Positions 30,557-40,225 of a DNA stretch of 64,000 bases are shown here, piece after piece (position 1 is the stretch's first letter; the number at the start of each line of letters is the position of its first letter). Below the pieces are notes generated by a model. That model ran no database searches, was not told where the DNA came from, and worked only from the letters and a program-made list of their open reading frames with translations. The DNA lies in assembly GCA_000002445.1 (NCBI GenBank), contig CP000067.1:768001-832000 (forward strand), written 5' to 3'. This DNA is from Trypanosoma brucei. Its lineage: Eukaryota. The position numbers and the translations under genes were made by a program.

Positions 30557-33500
30557 ATGTTCACACGCGCTCTCAGTAATGCCGCGCGTGTCGTGGCGGT
30601 CGCTGCACGGCAAGGTTTCTCACATAGTCTGACTGTGAGCAGTGCTTCTCTTCAGTTTCAACTGAGAGCCCGCGCAGACATCAGAAGGAGGTACCGTAGC
30701 CGTGAAGGGAACCCACAACTCGGCAATAGCGGCGGCGCTGATGTGGGTAGCATGCCGCTCAACTTCGCTGTCATACCAGTCTCGCGAATAAATATGCGTA
30801 TGGAGTCGCAGCTTGAGTCATTCCTGAAGAAGCAGGAGAAAGAAACACTGGAGCTGGGCACGTCAGCAGAGTCTCCTAAGATACGCCTACTGAACGTGCC
30901 CCGAACAACATTGAAGCGCGCCGTGTTGGACTTCAACGTCCGCGGTCAACAAGTGCGTGCAGTCGGTCAGTCAAGGCGAGGGAAGGTGGCAAAGGCGTTG
31001 TGCTGCATGCACGCCGCGATGCTCATCGATCACTTCTCAATCGATGGCGTCGGGTGCCACGACATGCCTCTGCCGCTGGAAGAAGAGGGCGTGTCGTCCG
31101 TCCCATCAAATGCCGCGCAGACCCCACACCACAAGCACGCACAGGGCTCGCCACTTTCTACCACGTTAAAATTACCGCCGCCATGGGCACCGGGCATGCA
31201 GTGGGAAAGGTATGTGAGTGATTGCGAGAATTACATTCGACGCAGGGAACAGCAGGAGCGAACAGACGCATACGTACAATTGCGCGTCCCACGGAGTGGG
31301 AACCCCCTTGTCGACCGCGCGGCTGACATGACAAAGGGTGAGAAGAACATTAATCACCTGGCTTTACAGAGATTGAACAATGAGATACGAAACGCAACGA
31401 AGGATATTCATATAACTCGGGTGTCACGACGTATCTTTGTCGCAACGCTTCTCCTGGATGATACGTCGCAACTAAGTGCCACGGGCGTCGCAACATCCCT
31501 GAAAGAGGCCAAACAACGGTGTGCGATGCATGCCTTGAACATTCTCAAACTCGTAAAAGATCAGCGGTTGGCTTCTTCCCCTCTAGCTTCGGTGTGTCGC
31601 GAGGGCTCCTCCACGAGCGCCATCTCCTCGAGCCTCAGCCCGCGATACTCAAAGATGTTAGATTTTTTTACACTTCTTTGTGGCGTAAAGCCCAAACCGA
31701 GCTTTACAAGGGACGGAAGAGGCTACAAGTGTGAGTTGCTACTGGATGATGTGACCAGTACCGGCCGGGGAGTCAATCGATTCGAGGCTGAACGTGATGC
31801 AATCGAACATGCACTAAGTGAGATGGAGCTGTATGACGAACGACTGCAAGCAATTAATAGTATCATCTCTCGTTACCCAAAAATACAGCCGCAGTGCGTT
31901 CCCTCGGCAAAACTTCCAGAAAGCCTGAGGAACGCCATCCATGCGTTGGTGCAGCGGGTCCACAAGGAACTCCACCTTGCAGATGACGGGACCACACTAA
32001 CCGGGAGCAAGGCCTCTTCCAGTAAAGATGAGAACAAAAGTGATGATACAGATGATGTGGTAGACGCGGAGACGCGCGCCACAATCAATGCACTACAAGA
32101 AATAAGTCGTGACGAAGCCTACGCGAATCGATTGCGGGACCGGTTGTGCACCTTGCGAGCCGATCCAAAGTACCTTGAGCGGTACCATGCACGGCGGTCA
32201 TCGCTCTCAATTAATGCCGTGTCGCAGAGCATCTTAAATGAGCTCCAACAGAACCGCGTCGTCGTAGTGTGTGGTACCACAGGCTGCGGGAAGACGACAC
32301 AAGTGCCACAATATATTCTTGATGCAGAAATAATGGCTGGTCGCGGCGACCAGTGTTGCATCGTCGTTACGCAACCGCGGCGATTGAGTGCATTTAGTGT
32401 TGCGGAACGAATCGCCAGTGAGCGCCTGTCAGCCGTGGGTGGCGACGTTGGATACGCCGTGCGATTGGACGCACGTCCTGGCCGTCACGTTACGCTATGC
32501 ACAACAGGTGTTTTGCTGCAGATGTTGGTTGGCATGCCATCGCTTGATGCGGTAAGTCACTTAGTCATTGATGAAGTGCATGAACGCGACATTAATTGTG
32601 ACGTGCTCCTCGCTCTAGTTAAAGATCTCATGGAAAGTGGGGGGAACCCACGCCTGAAGGTTGTTCTCATGAGCGCGACAATGCAGTCTGATATGTTCGC
32701 ATCTTACTTTGGCAGGGCGCCTGTGATCAGTGTGGAAGGCGCCACATACCCGGTGGAAGTGCGGTACCTTGATGATGTGGCTGCCCTTCTCCAGAAACAA
32801 ACCAACCCCAGAAATGCCTACTACAGTACCATGTTTGACTCTCTAACTGCGGCTCGGGGGGCCGGTGAAGTCGGAAGAAGAGGAAAGGGGGCGGCCAACA
32901 GAGGCAGATCGGGTTTTGGCGCAAAGAAGCAGTTGCTCAGTTCTCCACTGAAAACAGACTATAGCCTCATTGCGCAGCTTGTTCGCCGAAGCGTCGAAGT
33001 GGACCTCAACAACGACGTTTTCGGTAAGTCTGTTCTTGTCTTCCTTCCCGGCTGGAAGGAGCTAGTGGCGGCAAAACAAGCCATCGAGGGTCTTGGGGAC
33101 GGCCAACGGTACCATATAATACTTCTCCATTCATGTGTTGATGCGGCGAAGCAACGCGAATGCTTTGCGCCAGCGCCCGTAGGAAAGGTAAAGGTGGTTC
33201 TTGCCACCAACATTGCCGAGAGTGGCATCACAATTGATGATGCAGCAGTTGTTATCGATACTGGACTGATTAAACAAACCACGTGGGTCTCGCGTGTCTC
33301 CGGGCTCCAGCAGCAGGGAAGGGAGCTTGGCATCCTTGCAGCACCCATGTCAACAACATACGCCACGCAGCTGTCGCTGCGGTATGCAAGTCAGGCGAAC
33401 TGCACTCAGAGAAAGGGACGGGCGGGGCGGACACAGGGAGGAGTTTGCTACCGGCTGTTCGTGCGTGACGTATGGGATGTGCTACCGGCTTTCCAAGAGG

Positions 33501-34879
33501 CAGAAATTCATCGTGTGCCTCTGACGCAAGTGTTGCTTAAACTCCTAGCTCTTGGTCACGACAGGCCGAAGGAAAAACTTCGCACGTTTATTGAGCCTCC
33601 ATCCGAGAAAAATGTGGAGGACTCCATGCGCCAGCTGCAGAGCCTCGGTGCGGTGTCTGCCGACGAACGGCTCACGCCCCTTGGCCTCTACTTGTCACGA
33701 CTTCCCTGCGAACCGACGGTAGCGAAGATGATTATGATGGGCGCTGTCCTCCGCTGCCTTGACTCTGCATTGACGATGGCTGCAACGGGCGACGTGAATC
33801 CGTTCCTTTCAAGCCGTGATATGTCCTTTGAGGTGAGGGTCCGGCGGCGTGTGTTTGCAATGGGGTCGCAGAGCGACCATATTAGCGTATTGAATGCGTA
33901 TAATGCGTACAGTGCACGGCGTGCCGACGCCGGCTTCGCCAAGGAAAACTTTCTGAGCGCAAACAATATGAGGCTTATCTCCCGGTATAAGCAACAGTAT
34001 CGCGATATTCTTCAGCGTTCAGGATTTATTCGCGACACAGAACTAAACTCTCCACAGTTCACAAGCGAATGTGGGAGTTTTGGTGGAGATGGTTCTCACG
34101 TTTTGTACTTCGACGATGGACCGCTTTCAGCTGACGCCACAGATGTGTCGCTAGTGAAGGCTTGTCTGTGTGCAGCACTTTTTCCGAATGTGGCTGTTCT
34201 TGACCCGACACCGCTGCTCCAGCAACAGGGGAAAAAGGCGAAAACGTTGGTGATGCGCACTTCAACACGCTCCGCTATTTCACCATCAAAGGATAGTGCG
34301 TGTCGCCGTACAGGCTCACCGCAAGCACATACCTGTTCCACACCACAAGATTTATTCAGCCCGCACAACGATGAGCACATGGATCTTCCCTCTATGTTGT
34401 ATATTTATCAGGGTATTTTTTCGTTGAAGGAGTCTCGAGAAGAGTTTCTAACCCAAGTTTCCTCCGTTAGCCTTTGGGCGCTGCTTCTCTTTGGTGTTGG
34501 AGAGGCTGACATGCACTACGACAACCAGGTGCAACTGTGCGTCGTGGGAAACTGGATTGGCATTCATATGGACTCCGAGTCATACAAGGCCCTTGTTGCG
34601 ATTCGTACCATTTTGCACGCGTGTGTGTGGCGCAAGTACAAGCACCCGGAGGATCCCGGAAATAATCGAGCGCTCGAGGAACTCCACCGCATTTGCAAGG
34701 GTATTTTGAAGTCACCACCGAACGATAAGGAACAATACCTGAATAATCTCGTGGACACGGGAAGGATTTTCTCTCCAATGGAAGTGCAGCAGCTAACCGA
34801 TGATGTCAAAATGGAGAGACTCAATGGGGAACAAGATGACGACGGCAACAGAGACGTATGGGAGTTACACGAGGTGTGA
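30557..34879 (+). CDS. DEAH/RHA-family (DHX9-like) ATP-dependent RNA helicase with two N-terminal dsRBD-like domains and a mitochondrial-presequence-like N-terminus (REH2-like architecture)
   Basis: ATG at 30557. Helicase motifs are read directly: motif I VVVVCGTTGCGKTTQVPQYIL; Ia VVTQPRRLSAFSVAERIA; II HLVIDEVHERD; III SATMQSD; IV-like LVFLPGWKEL; V VVLATNIAESGITIDDAAVVIDTGL; VI QRKGRAGRTQGGVCYRLF. The dsRBD-like segments are ...VGQSRRGKVAKALCCMHAAMLIDHF and ...SATGVATSLKEAKQRCAMHALNILKLV. The N-terminus MFTRALSNAARVVAVAARQGFSHSLTV is Arg/Ala/Ser-rich with no acidic residues. Confidence 0.9.
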   Translation: MFTRALSNAARVVAVAARQGFSHSLTVSSASLQFQLRARADIRRRYRSREGNPQLGNSGGADVGSMPLNFAVIPVSRINMRMESQLESFLKKQEKETLELGTSAESPKIRLLNVPRTTLKRAVLDFNVRGQQVRAVGQSRRGKVAKALCCMHAAMLIDHFSIDGVGCHDMPLPLEEEGVSSVPSNAAQTPHHKHAQGSPLSTTLKLPPPWAPGMQWERYVSDCENYIRRREQQERTDAYVQLRVPRSGNPLVDRAADMTKGEKNINHLALQRLNNEIRNATKDIHITRVSRRIFVATLLLDDTSQLSATGVATSLKEAKQRCAMHALNILKLVKDQRLASSPLASVCREGSSTSAISSSLSPRYSKMLDFFTLLCGVKPKPSFTRDGRGYKCELLLDDVTSTGRGVNRFEAERDAIEHALSEMELYDERLQAINSIISRYPKIQPQCVPSAKLPESLRNAIHALVQRVHKELHLADDGTTLTGSKASSSKDENKSDDTDDVVDAETRATINALQEISRDEAYANRLRDRLCTLRADPKYLERYHARRSSLSINAVSQSILNELQQNRVVVVCGTTGCGKTTQVPQYILDAEIMAGRGDQCCIVVTQPRRLSAFSVAERIASERLSAVGGDVGYAVRLDARPGRHVTLCTTGVLLQMLVGMPSLDAVSHLVIDEVHERDINCDVLLALVKDLMESGGNPRLKVVLMSATMQSDMFASYFGRAPVISVEGATYPVEVRYLDDVAALLQKQTNPRNAYYSTMFDSLTAARGAGEVGRRGKGAANRGRSGFGAKKQLLSSPLKTDYSLIAQLVRRSVEVDLNNDVFGKSVLVFLPGWKELVAAKQAIEGLGDGQRYHIILLHSCVDAAKQRECFAPAPVGKVKVVLATNIAESGITIDDAAVVIDTGLIKQTTWVSRVSGLQQQGRELGILAAPMSTTYATQLSLRYASQANCTQRKGRAGRTQGGVCYRLFVRDVWDVLPAFQEAEIHRVPLTQVLLKLLALGHDRPKEKLRTFIEPPSEKNVEDSMRQLQSLGAVSADERLTPLGLYLSRLPCEPTVAKMIMMGAVLRCLDSALTMAATGDVNPFLSSRDMSFEVRVRRRVFAMGSQSDHISVLNAYNAYSARRADAGFAKENFLSANNMRLISRYKQQYRDILQRSGFIRDTELNSPQFTSECGSFGGDGSHVLYFDDGPLSADATDVSLVKACLCAALFPNVAVLDPTPLLQQQGKKAKTLVMRTSTRSAISPSKDSACRRTGSPQAHTCSTPQDLFSPHNDEHMDLPSMLYIYQGIFSLKESREEFLTQVSSVSLWALLLFGVGEADMHYDNQVQLCVVGNWIGIHMDSESYKALVAIRTILHACVWRKYKHPEDPGNNRALEELHRICKGILKSPPNDKEQYLNNLVDTGRIFSPMEVQQLTDDVKMERLNGEQDDDGNRDVWELHEV

Positions 34880-35314
34880 CACGGGAAGGGAGTAAAGCAC
34901 ATCCCGACTTCGTGCCGGGAACTATTACGGTTTCGCCCAACCACGTGATAAGTGGGAAGAACTATAAATATGGCCTGTGCCACTTCACAAATCTGATAAA
35001 CGCGTACAAATTAATTAAACAGCGAGTCCGGCTCTCGTTGAGTGCGCGCAATTTCCCAGCAGAAAGGCATTCCAATGCCCTCTCGCCCCAAGTACTTGCG
35101 CGTATAACGGAGGAGGAACGAGCCGGTCAGCAAAACGGTCGTCAGTGCGCTTTGTCGGTAGCCACAAACTCAAGTGCCTTTTGTCATTGCTTATTGTTGT
35201 CAATAGACTTATATCACTTTTTCTCTTGTTTTCTTTACTCATCATTTGTACGTGGTCACTAATATACATGCTAAAAAGGGAACGGGGGCGGCACACGCGG
35301 GTAGTTGGGTGAAG

Positions 35315-36730
35315 ATGACAGATGGAAACCCTGGCGAGGATGCAATCAGGAAAGTAATAGTTTCTGCTTCCCCTCACTGCGATTTGTTGCATTTCGTGGG
35401 GCATGTTCCCCATCCCTACGGTGTCATAACGCCGCAAACCATGATGGAGAAAAATGCGGAATGCGTGAAATTCTCTCTCACACCACTCGAAAGGGAACCT
35501 TCCGTGACAGTAAGTGGAAACCACCCCCTTTTTGCGCCTGTTGTGATTCCCCGGGTGAAGGCGACGTCGTCCGCTCCAGCAGCTGCGTCAGAGGCGGGAA
35601 TGTCGCCATATTTTCCGCACAGCGGTGTCGGACTGGCACAGTCGGCATTCCGCAGTAACTTTGAGACCTTCTCCTGGGGGGTGGTTTCATCAGATGAACA
35701 ACGGCAACAAAATTACCAGTCACAAAGACACAAGGTGACTGAACGAGGTGACCATCAGGTGCAGCAGCAACCAGCTCACAATGAAGCTGAAACCCCCAAC
35801 CCTGACGCTGTTGGAGAGCAAGCGTTTATTCCCACAGTCACTGACAGTTCTTCCCGTCTAGTGAACACGTCAAGGATAGGTGGTGAAATACGTTATGAGG
35901 TTAACTTCCTGGCAGTGCGCCGGTCGCTTCTGCAAGTGTTTCTTATTCTTCATATGCCCGAGCGGAGCCCAGCGGTGGCCTTTCGTTTCTGTTCCCATGA
36001 CCCATTGCCGGGAGGTACCACCTGCCTCTCAGTTCTCCCCCGATGTGCTGAGCGCTTGCCAACGCTGGCACATCCCGCCGAAGTGACCTTCACAGACGTG
36101 CAGGCAACTGCTCATTGGAAATATTCCCTCCGCTGCGACTGCCGTATTATTCAAGAGGGTGAAGAGGCAAGTGTTGCGGAAGGTAAGTCTCAGCGCTTCA
36201 TTTCCATGAGATGGACCACAGGTGGAACCCCCGAGCGCACTCTTGAGTTAAGTGCCCTCTTGACAGAAGTCATGACACCGATGCTGTTTGCTGTCCCCGC
36301 AAAGCTGCTCAAGTCAACGGAGGAAAGGGGTAAAACAACACCACAAATCACCGGTTTCTTCCAACGTCGCTCCTTTCATCTCATGGCACTCATTGCACAT
36401 GGTGTGTGGTGCGAAAAAGTGGCCCGGTACATTATCAACGAGTCGAACAGAAGCGGCCTCGTAGCTCTTTGCGCTGAAACTTGCTCAGCCAAATTGAAGC
36501 TTCGTGATGATGTCTCGCTAGATGCCAATGAAAAGTGGGAGACGGAACTCACATTTCACCGCACTGAATCCTGTGATTGCACCACGACAGAGCGAAGTGT
36601 ACAGAAGCCAAAACCCTCCAAGTGCTTACATGTCTTAGTTAGGGGATGTGAAGATGTGATGGGTTGGGGGTGGGGCACCGCATCAACGCGCAGCGGGCTT
36701 CAGGACCTTGCAGAAGCGGTGACGCGCTGA
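35315..36730 (+). CDS. hypothetical protein (about 471 aa)
   Basis: The ORF-track start at 35246 is a TTG; the first ATG at 35315 (MTDGNPGEDAIRK...) is downstream of polypyrimidine tract 35177-35250. It is a long plus-strand ORF with no recognised domain. Confidence 0.5.
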   Translation: MTDGNPGEDAIRKVIVSASPHCDLLHFVGHVPHPYGVITPQTMMEKNAECVKFSLTPLEREPSVTVSGNHPLFAPVVIPRVKATSSAPAAASEAGMSPYFPHSGVGLAQSAFRSNFETFSWGVVSSDEQRQQNYQSQRHKVTERGDHQVQQQPAHNEAETPNPDAVGEQAFIPTVTDSSSRLVNTSRIGGEIRYEVNFLAVRRSLLQVFLILHMPERSPAVAFRFCSHDPLPGGTTCLSVLPRCAERLPTLAHPAEVTFTDVQATAHWKYSLRCDCRIIQEGEEASVAEGKSQRFISMRWTTGGTPERTLELSALLTEVMTPMLFAVPAKLLKSTEERGKTTPQITGFFQRRSFHLMALIAHGVWCEKVARYIINESNRSGLVALCAETCSAKLKLRDDVSLDANEKWETELTFHRTESCDCTTTERSVQKPKPSKCLHVLVRGCEDVMGWGWGTASTRSGLQDLAEAVTR

Positions 36731-36920
36731 GACCTTTCCTGTCGTTAAGAAAGGGAGGTGTCAAAAAAAAAAACAAAAAGGGGGGATTTAAACTGGACCC
36801 TCGTGTACAGATGGATGTTTTGTTCCCGTCTGGAGGAGGGAAAAGAAATGAGGATCCCTGGAGAAAGATGAAGTTGGAATCGGGTTGTCAACACCTGTTG
36901 CGAGTTTATTCTTCCCTCAA

Positions 36921-36947
36921 ATATATGTATATATATATATATATATA
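36921..36947. repeat. (TA)n microsatellite
   Basis: atatatgtatatatatatatatatata, intergenic, flanked by poly-A (36762-36772) and poly-T (36956-36970). Confidence 0.85.
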
Positions 36948-37020
36948 ATGGCATCTTTTTCTTTTTTTTTACAAGGGCCATTTTTTAGTAAACGTCAAAG
37001 GTAGGCGGTGTTAGGTGATA

Positions 37021-37638
37021 ATGCGGCGGAGCGTCTGTCTACTACTCCTTTCTCTAGTAATGCATGCCAATGGCAACTTCTTTGGGATCAGTTTAGAAAA
37101 CCGATGCCAGCCACTGAGTTCCCTAAAAGGCGTCAACAGAGCTATCCTCAACAAATCAGGGGAAGAGTACAAGGAGTCGGATGAACTTTTTTGTGAGAGG
37201 GGAGCCCCTGAGCAGTTTAAATGCAACTGTGGCGTTGCTACCACGTGCCTTTCAAAAAAGGACCCGTGGGGGAACAACATCGGTGTTTGTGGATGTTGCC
37301 CTCCGTGGTTATTCCTCTTCTACACATTTTTTACTATCATTGTCGGCTTTGCCATCGCATCCGCCTTCTATATTTGCTGCTGCCGCGGCAAGTGGTGGTT
37401 TGACGGCTACCCGAAAGCGATCATCCCCGCCTTCTCCCGCCGTGGCCCCGGTACCGTCGTACCCGCTGCCGTACCGCTCCCTCCCACATTATTCCGCGGC
37501 TACCGGACGACTGATTTTGTAAATGACACGGCTGCAACTCGACCAGTGGTTGATGGGGAATCTGCCGGTACTCGCACGCAGCGGGAGGGGGCCTCATCCC
37601 TTTGGAACAATGATCAAATCGTAGATGATGAACCATAA
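37021..37638 (+). CDS. hypothetical small type-I membrane protein (about 205 aa): signal peptide, Cys-rich ectodomain, one TM helix, Pro/Ala-rich tail
   Basis: The ORF-track start at 37015 is a GTG; the ATG is at 37021. The N-terminus MRRSVCLLLLSLVMHANG is a signal-peptide-like hydrophobic stretch. Cys-rich segments are CNCGVATTCLSKKDPWGNNIGVCGCCPPW. The TM segment is LFLFYTFFTIIVGFAIASAFYICCC. Confidence 0.5.
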   Translation: MRRSVCLLLLSLVMHANGNFFGISLENRCQPLSSLKGVNRAILNKSGEEYKESDELFCERGAPEQFKCNCGVATTCLSKKDPWGNNIGVCGCCPPWLFLFYTFFTIIVGFAIASAFYICCCRGKWWFDGYPKAIIPAFSRRGPGTVVPAAVPLPPTLFRGYRTTDFVNDTAATRPVVDGESAGTRTQREGASSLWNNDQIVDDEP

Positions 37639-38459
37639 ATATGAGGGTGAGGGATGGACAATGAAGGAGGAGAGAAGAAGAGGAAGGAGAAGGAGAAAAC
37701 ACAATGGAGAAATGGTGGCGTGTGTGCTTGTGGGTGTGCAAAGAGGTAGAAAAAAAAAGAAAAAGAATGAGCAAAAAGAATGGTTAAGGAACGAAAAGAA
37801 AGAAAGAAAGCAGAGCGAGCGCAGCTGCAGGTGTGGAGGCATCGCAGCACATCTCCCCCATCTTTCAAAGTATTCTATTTTCGTTTCTTCGTTTGTTCTG
37901 TTAGGTATTTTTGCCAGGGATTCACGTCAGTAATTGAGTTGGTGGTGGCGTGAATATCTTTTTTTGGAGTCCACCTCAATGCGGGTTCCATATTGCGTTG
38001 TTGTTGTTTCGTTTGCTTCCGTAGCTTCTTCGAGGAAACATGTATACACGTATGTGTATATGTATACGTATATTACTTTGAATGAAAGCACTCTTGCGTA
38101 AAGTGGCCACAAAGGGGATGAAGGGAATTTCTTTTTTTGAACAGTTCGTTGTGTTGGTTGCTTTTTTCGGTCTTTTTTTTTTCCTTATGGTTTTCGGCAA
38201 GGCTGCAACAACAGAACCTTCTTCAGTGAAGTTAAGGGTTTATAGAAATACATGTTTTCGTACACGTGTGTGTGTGTGTGTATCTGTGTTGTGCTGTGTG
38301 TTGTTTCGCTTGTCATTTTCTTCCATTTCTTCTTTTCCTTTCCTGCTTTTCTTTGCTTTATGCTGTTCTCTTTTTGGTACGAACAGGCTGCCATTATCGG
38401 TGTTTTGGTACAGTTGTGCGTATACATGCATATACATATTTATATATTTATATTTATAC

Positions 38460-38463
<4 letters not shown>

Positions 38464-38505
<42 letters not shown>

Positions 38506-38539
38506 GTGCGAAGAGGGGAGGGGGAGGGAGAGGGAGAGA
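38464..38539. repeat. (TA)~19 microsatellite followed by a GGGA/GAGG purine repeat
   Basis: atatatatatatatatatatatatatatatatatatat, then gaggggagggggagggagagggagaga, inside the 4.4-kb ORF-free tract. Confidence 0.9.
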
Positions 38540-38610
38540 TCCTTATTTTAACAAACAAAAAAAAAAGAAGTAAAGGGAGGAAGTGGATCATTTTCCAGAG
38601 GAATGCGTTC

Positions 38611-38634
38611 CCCTTCCCTCCCTCCCTCCCTCCC
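38611..38634. repeat. (CCCT)n-type pyrimidine repeat
   Basis: cccttccctccctccctccctccc, read directly. Confidence 0.85.
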
Positions 38635-40185
38635 GAGACAGGAGTCGAAAAATGATATAAAATAGTTGAGTGGTTAATTTTATTGCTGCCGAAATCAACT
38701 CCGTGAGATGCACAATTAGAGCGCAACTAGTTTGAGTTTGTGGTGAATGTAAAGGAGAGCAAAACAGAAAGAAAGTGGGAATAGTTTTTGTTTAACAAAG
38801 AAAGAAAAGAAGAAGATGAAAAGTAGTAATTTCTTTTTTTTTTTTTTTACTACTGGACAAAATAAGCAACTGTTCTACTCGTGTGTCCTCACATGACTGT
38901 GGATGATCCAAACTTGACTCCCCCCTTTCCCCTTTTTCCTTTTGGTGATGCAACGCGTTGCATTCCGGGGCTAATAACTTTAACCCTTGTCTTCGTTGTT
39001 GCAGCAACAACAAAAATAAGGAAAAGTTAATGTTGGAACGTGCACATAAACGCACGTTGCTTACATACTTGCATACGTTCATGTTTTTTTTTCCTCTTTT
39101 TTTTTTTGCTTTCTTCGCTTTTTTGTCATTTCTGGACTCAACTGATACGCACAGAAACGATTAAGGACAAGTAGAGTTCATAAAATGAATGTCATTAGCA
39201 CAGTTTGAGTGAATATGAAAAGTTACGCGTGTGCTTAAAAAAAAAAAGAGAGAGAGAAATAAGAGTGACTGCGGCATCACACAGAGAATTGTTTGCGTGC
39301 CATGAACTGACTGTGAAAATGCTGAATTTAAGCACAAAAAACCAAAACCACCGATTTGTTGGCGTACGTGCTTGAGTTTGTGTCCAAAATGAATCAACAG
39401 TTTGAGAGGCAAAATTATGTTATGACAGCCGCCGTGCACACGACCGGCGCATCCCACAGTAGCGGTGGACGAATAGGTGGACAAAAGAGAACAGAGAAAG
39501 TAAAATAGGATAGAATGGTTAAGGCAATTAGCTCCATAAGAAATGGGATCGTATCAATTGACACATTCCCTCTTTCTGTACCGTAGGTCCGATTCAACAC
39601 TTTCAATTTCTTCTATTTTTCTCCTCCAGATCATATTTGCCTTTCAGTGCGTGGTGCGCGAATTGGCACGCGAGAGGCGGAACATTTCTTGAAGCTGTGC
39701 GTTTTCTGGTGCCGTCGCTGTGATCGTGCGCCTTTTAGCGCACCACAGTAATGACATGAGAAGGCAAGAGGATAAGGCAGATTCGGGAAGATCCTTCTTT
39801 TATTTGTTTGTTTGTTTGCTGCACCCACCTGATCGACCATTACCTCTAATTGATTCGATCATTCCTTGGAATTACCTTTACTTTACAGTTTGGATGCGTT
39901 ACTTCGTTCATGCAGGCGAGTGAATTGTGTCGGTTCTCCGTATTTGCTGCTCCTCTCGTAAAATGTCCTGAGCTGCGGGATGGTTGAAAATAATGCGGGC
40001 TCGTCACAGACAAAATGGATGATGGGGGGAGGAGGAGGGGTGCGGGACAGTGAAATTCAGCGGTCAAACGAAGCGAAATATCTCACTTCTCTTTTGTTTT
40101 ATTGTGGACATTCAACCGGCCGGCTGTTACGCGTTTCTCACTCCAAACGGAAGGACCCATGCAGGCCCACCCATAATATGTCTTA

Positions 40186-40225
40186 GTATATATATATATA
40201 TATGTATATACATACACATATTATT
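40186..40225. repeat. (TA)n microsatellite with TA/CA-rich flank
   Basis: gtatatatatatatatatgtatatacatacacatattatt, inside the ORF-free tract. Confidence 0.8.

Noticed and set aside
38082-38573. 163-aa plus ORF, and other 60-150-aa ORFs inside the 37.6-42.1 kb tract (40050..40472, 40655..41005, 41336..41800)
   Set aside because: They are translated from microsatellites and poly-T / poly-pyrimidine DNA, giving FFF/LLL/YIY runs. Their reading frames do not agree with each other, and the sequence is not protein-like.
39686-39707. short hairpin gtgcgc-ctttta-gcgcac (and neighbouring gcgcgaattggcacgcg quasi-palindrome)
   Set aside because: The 6-bp stem is too short to mean anything on its own. 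It is noted only because it lies in the ORF-free tract.
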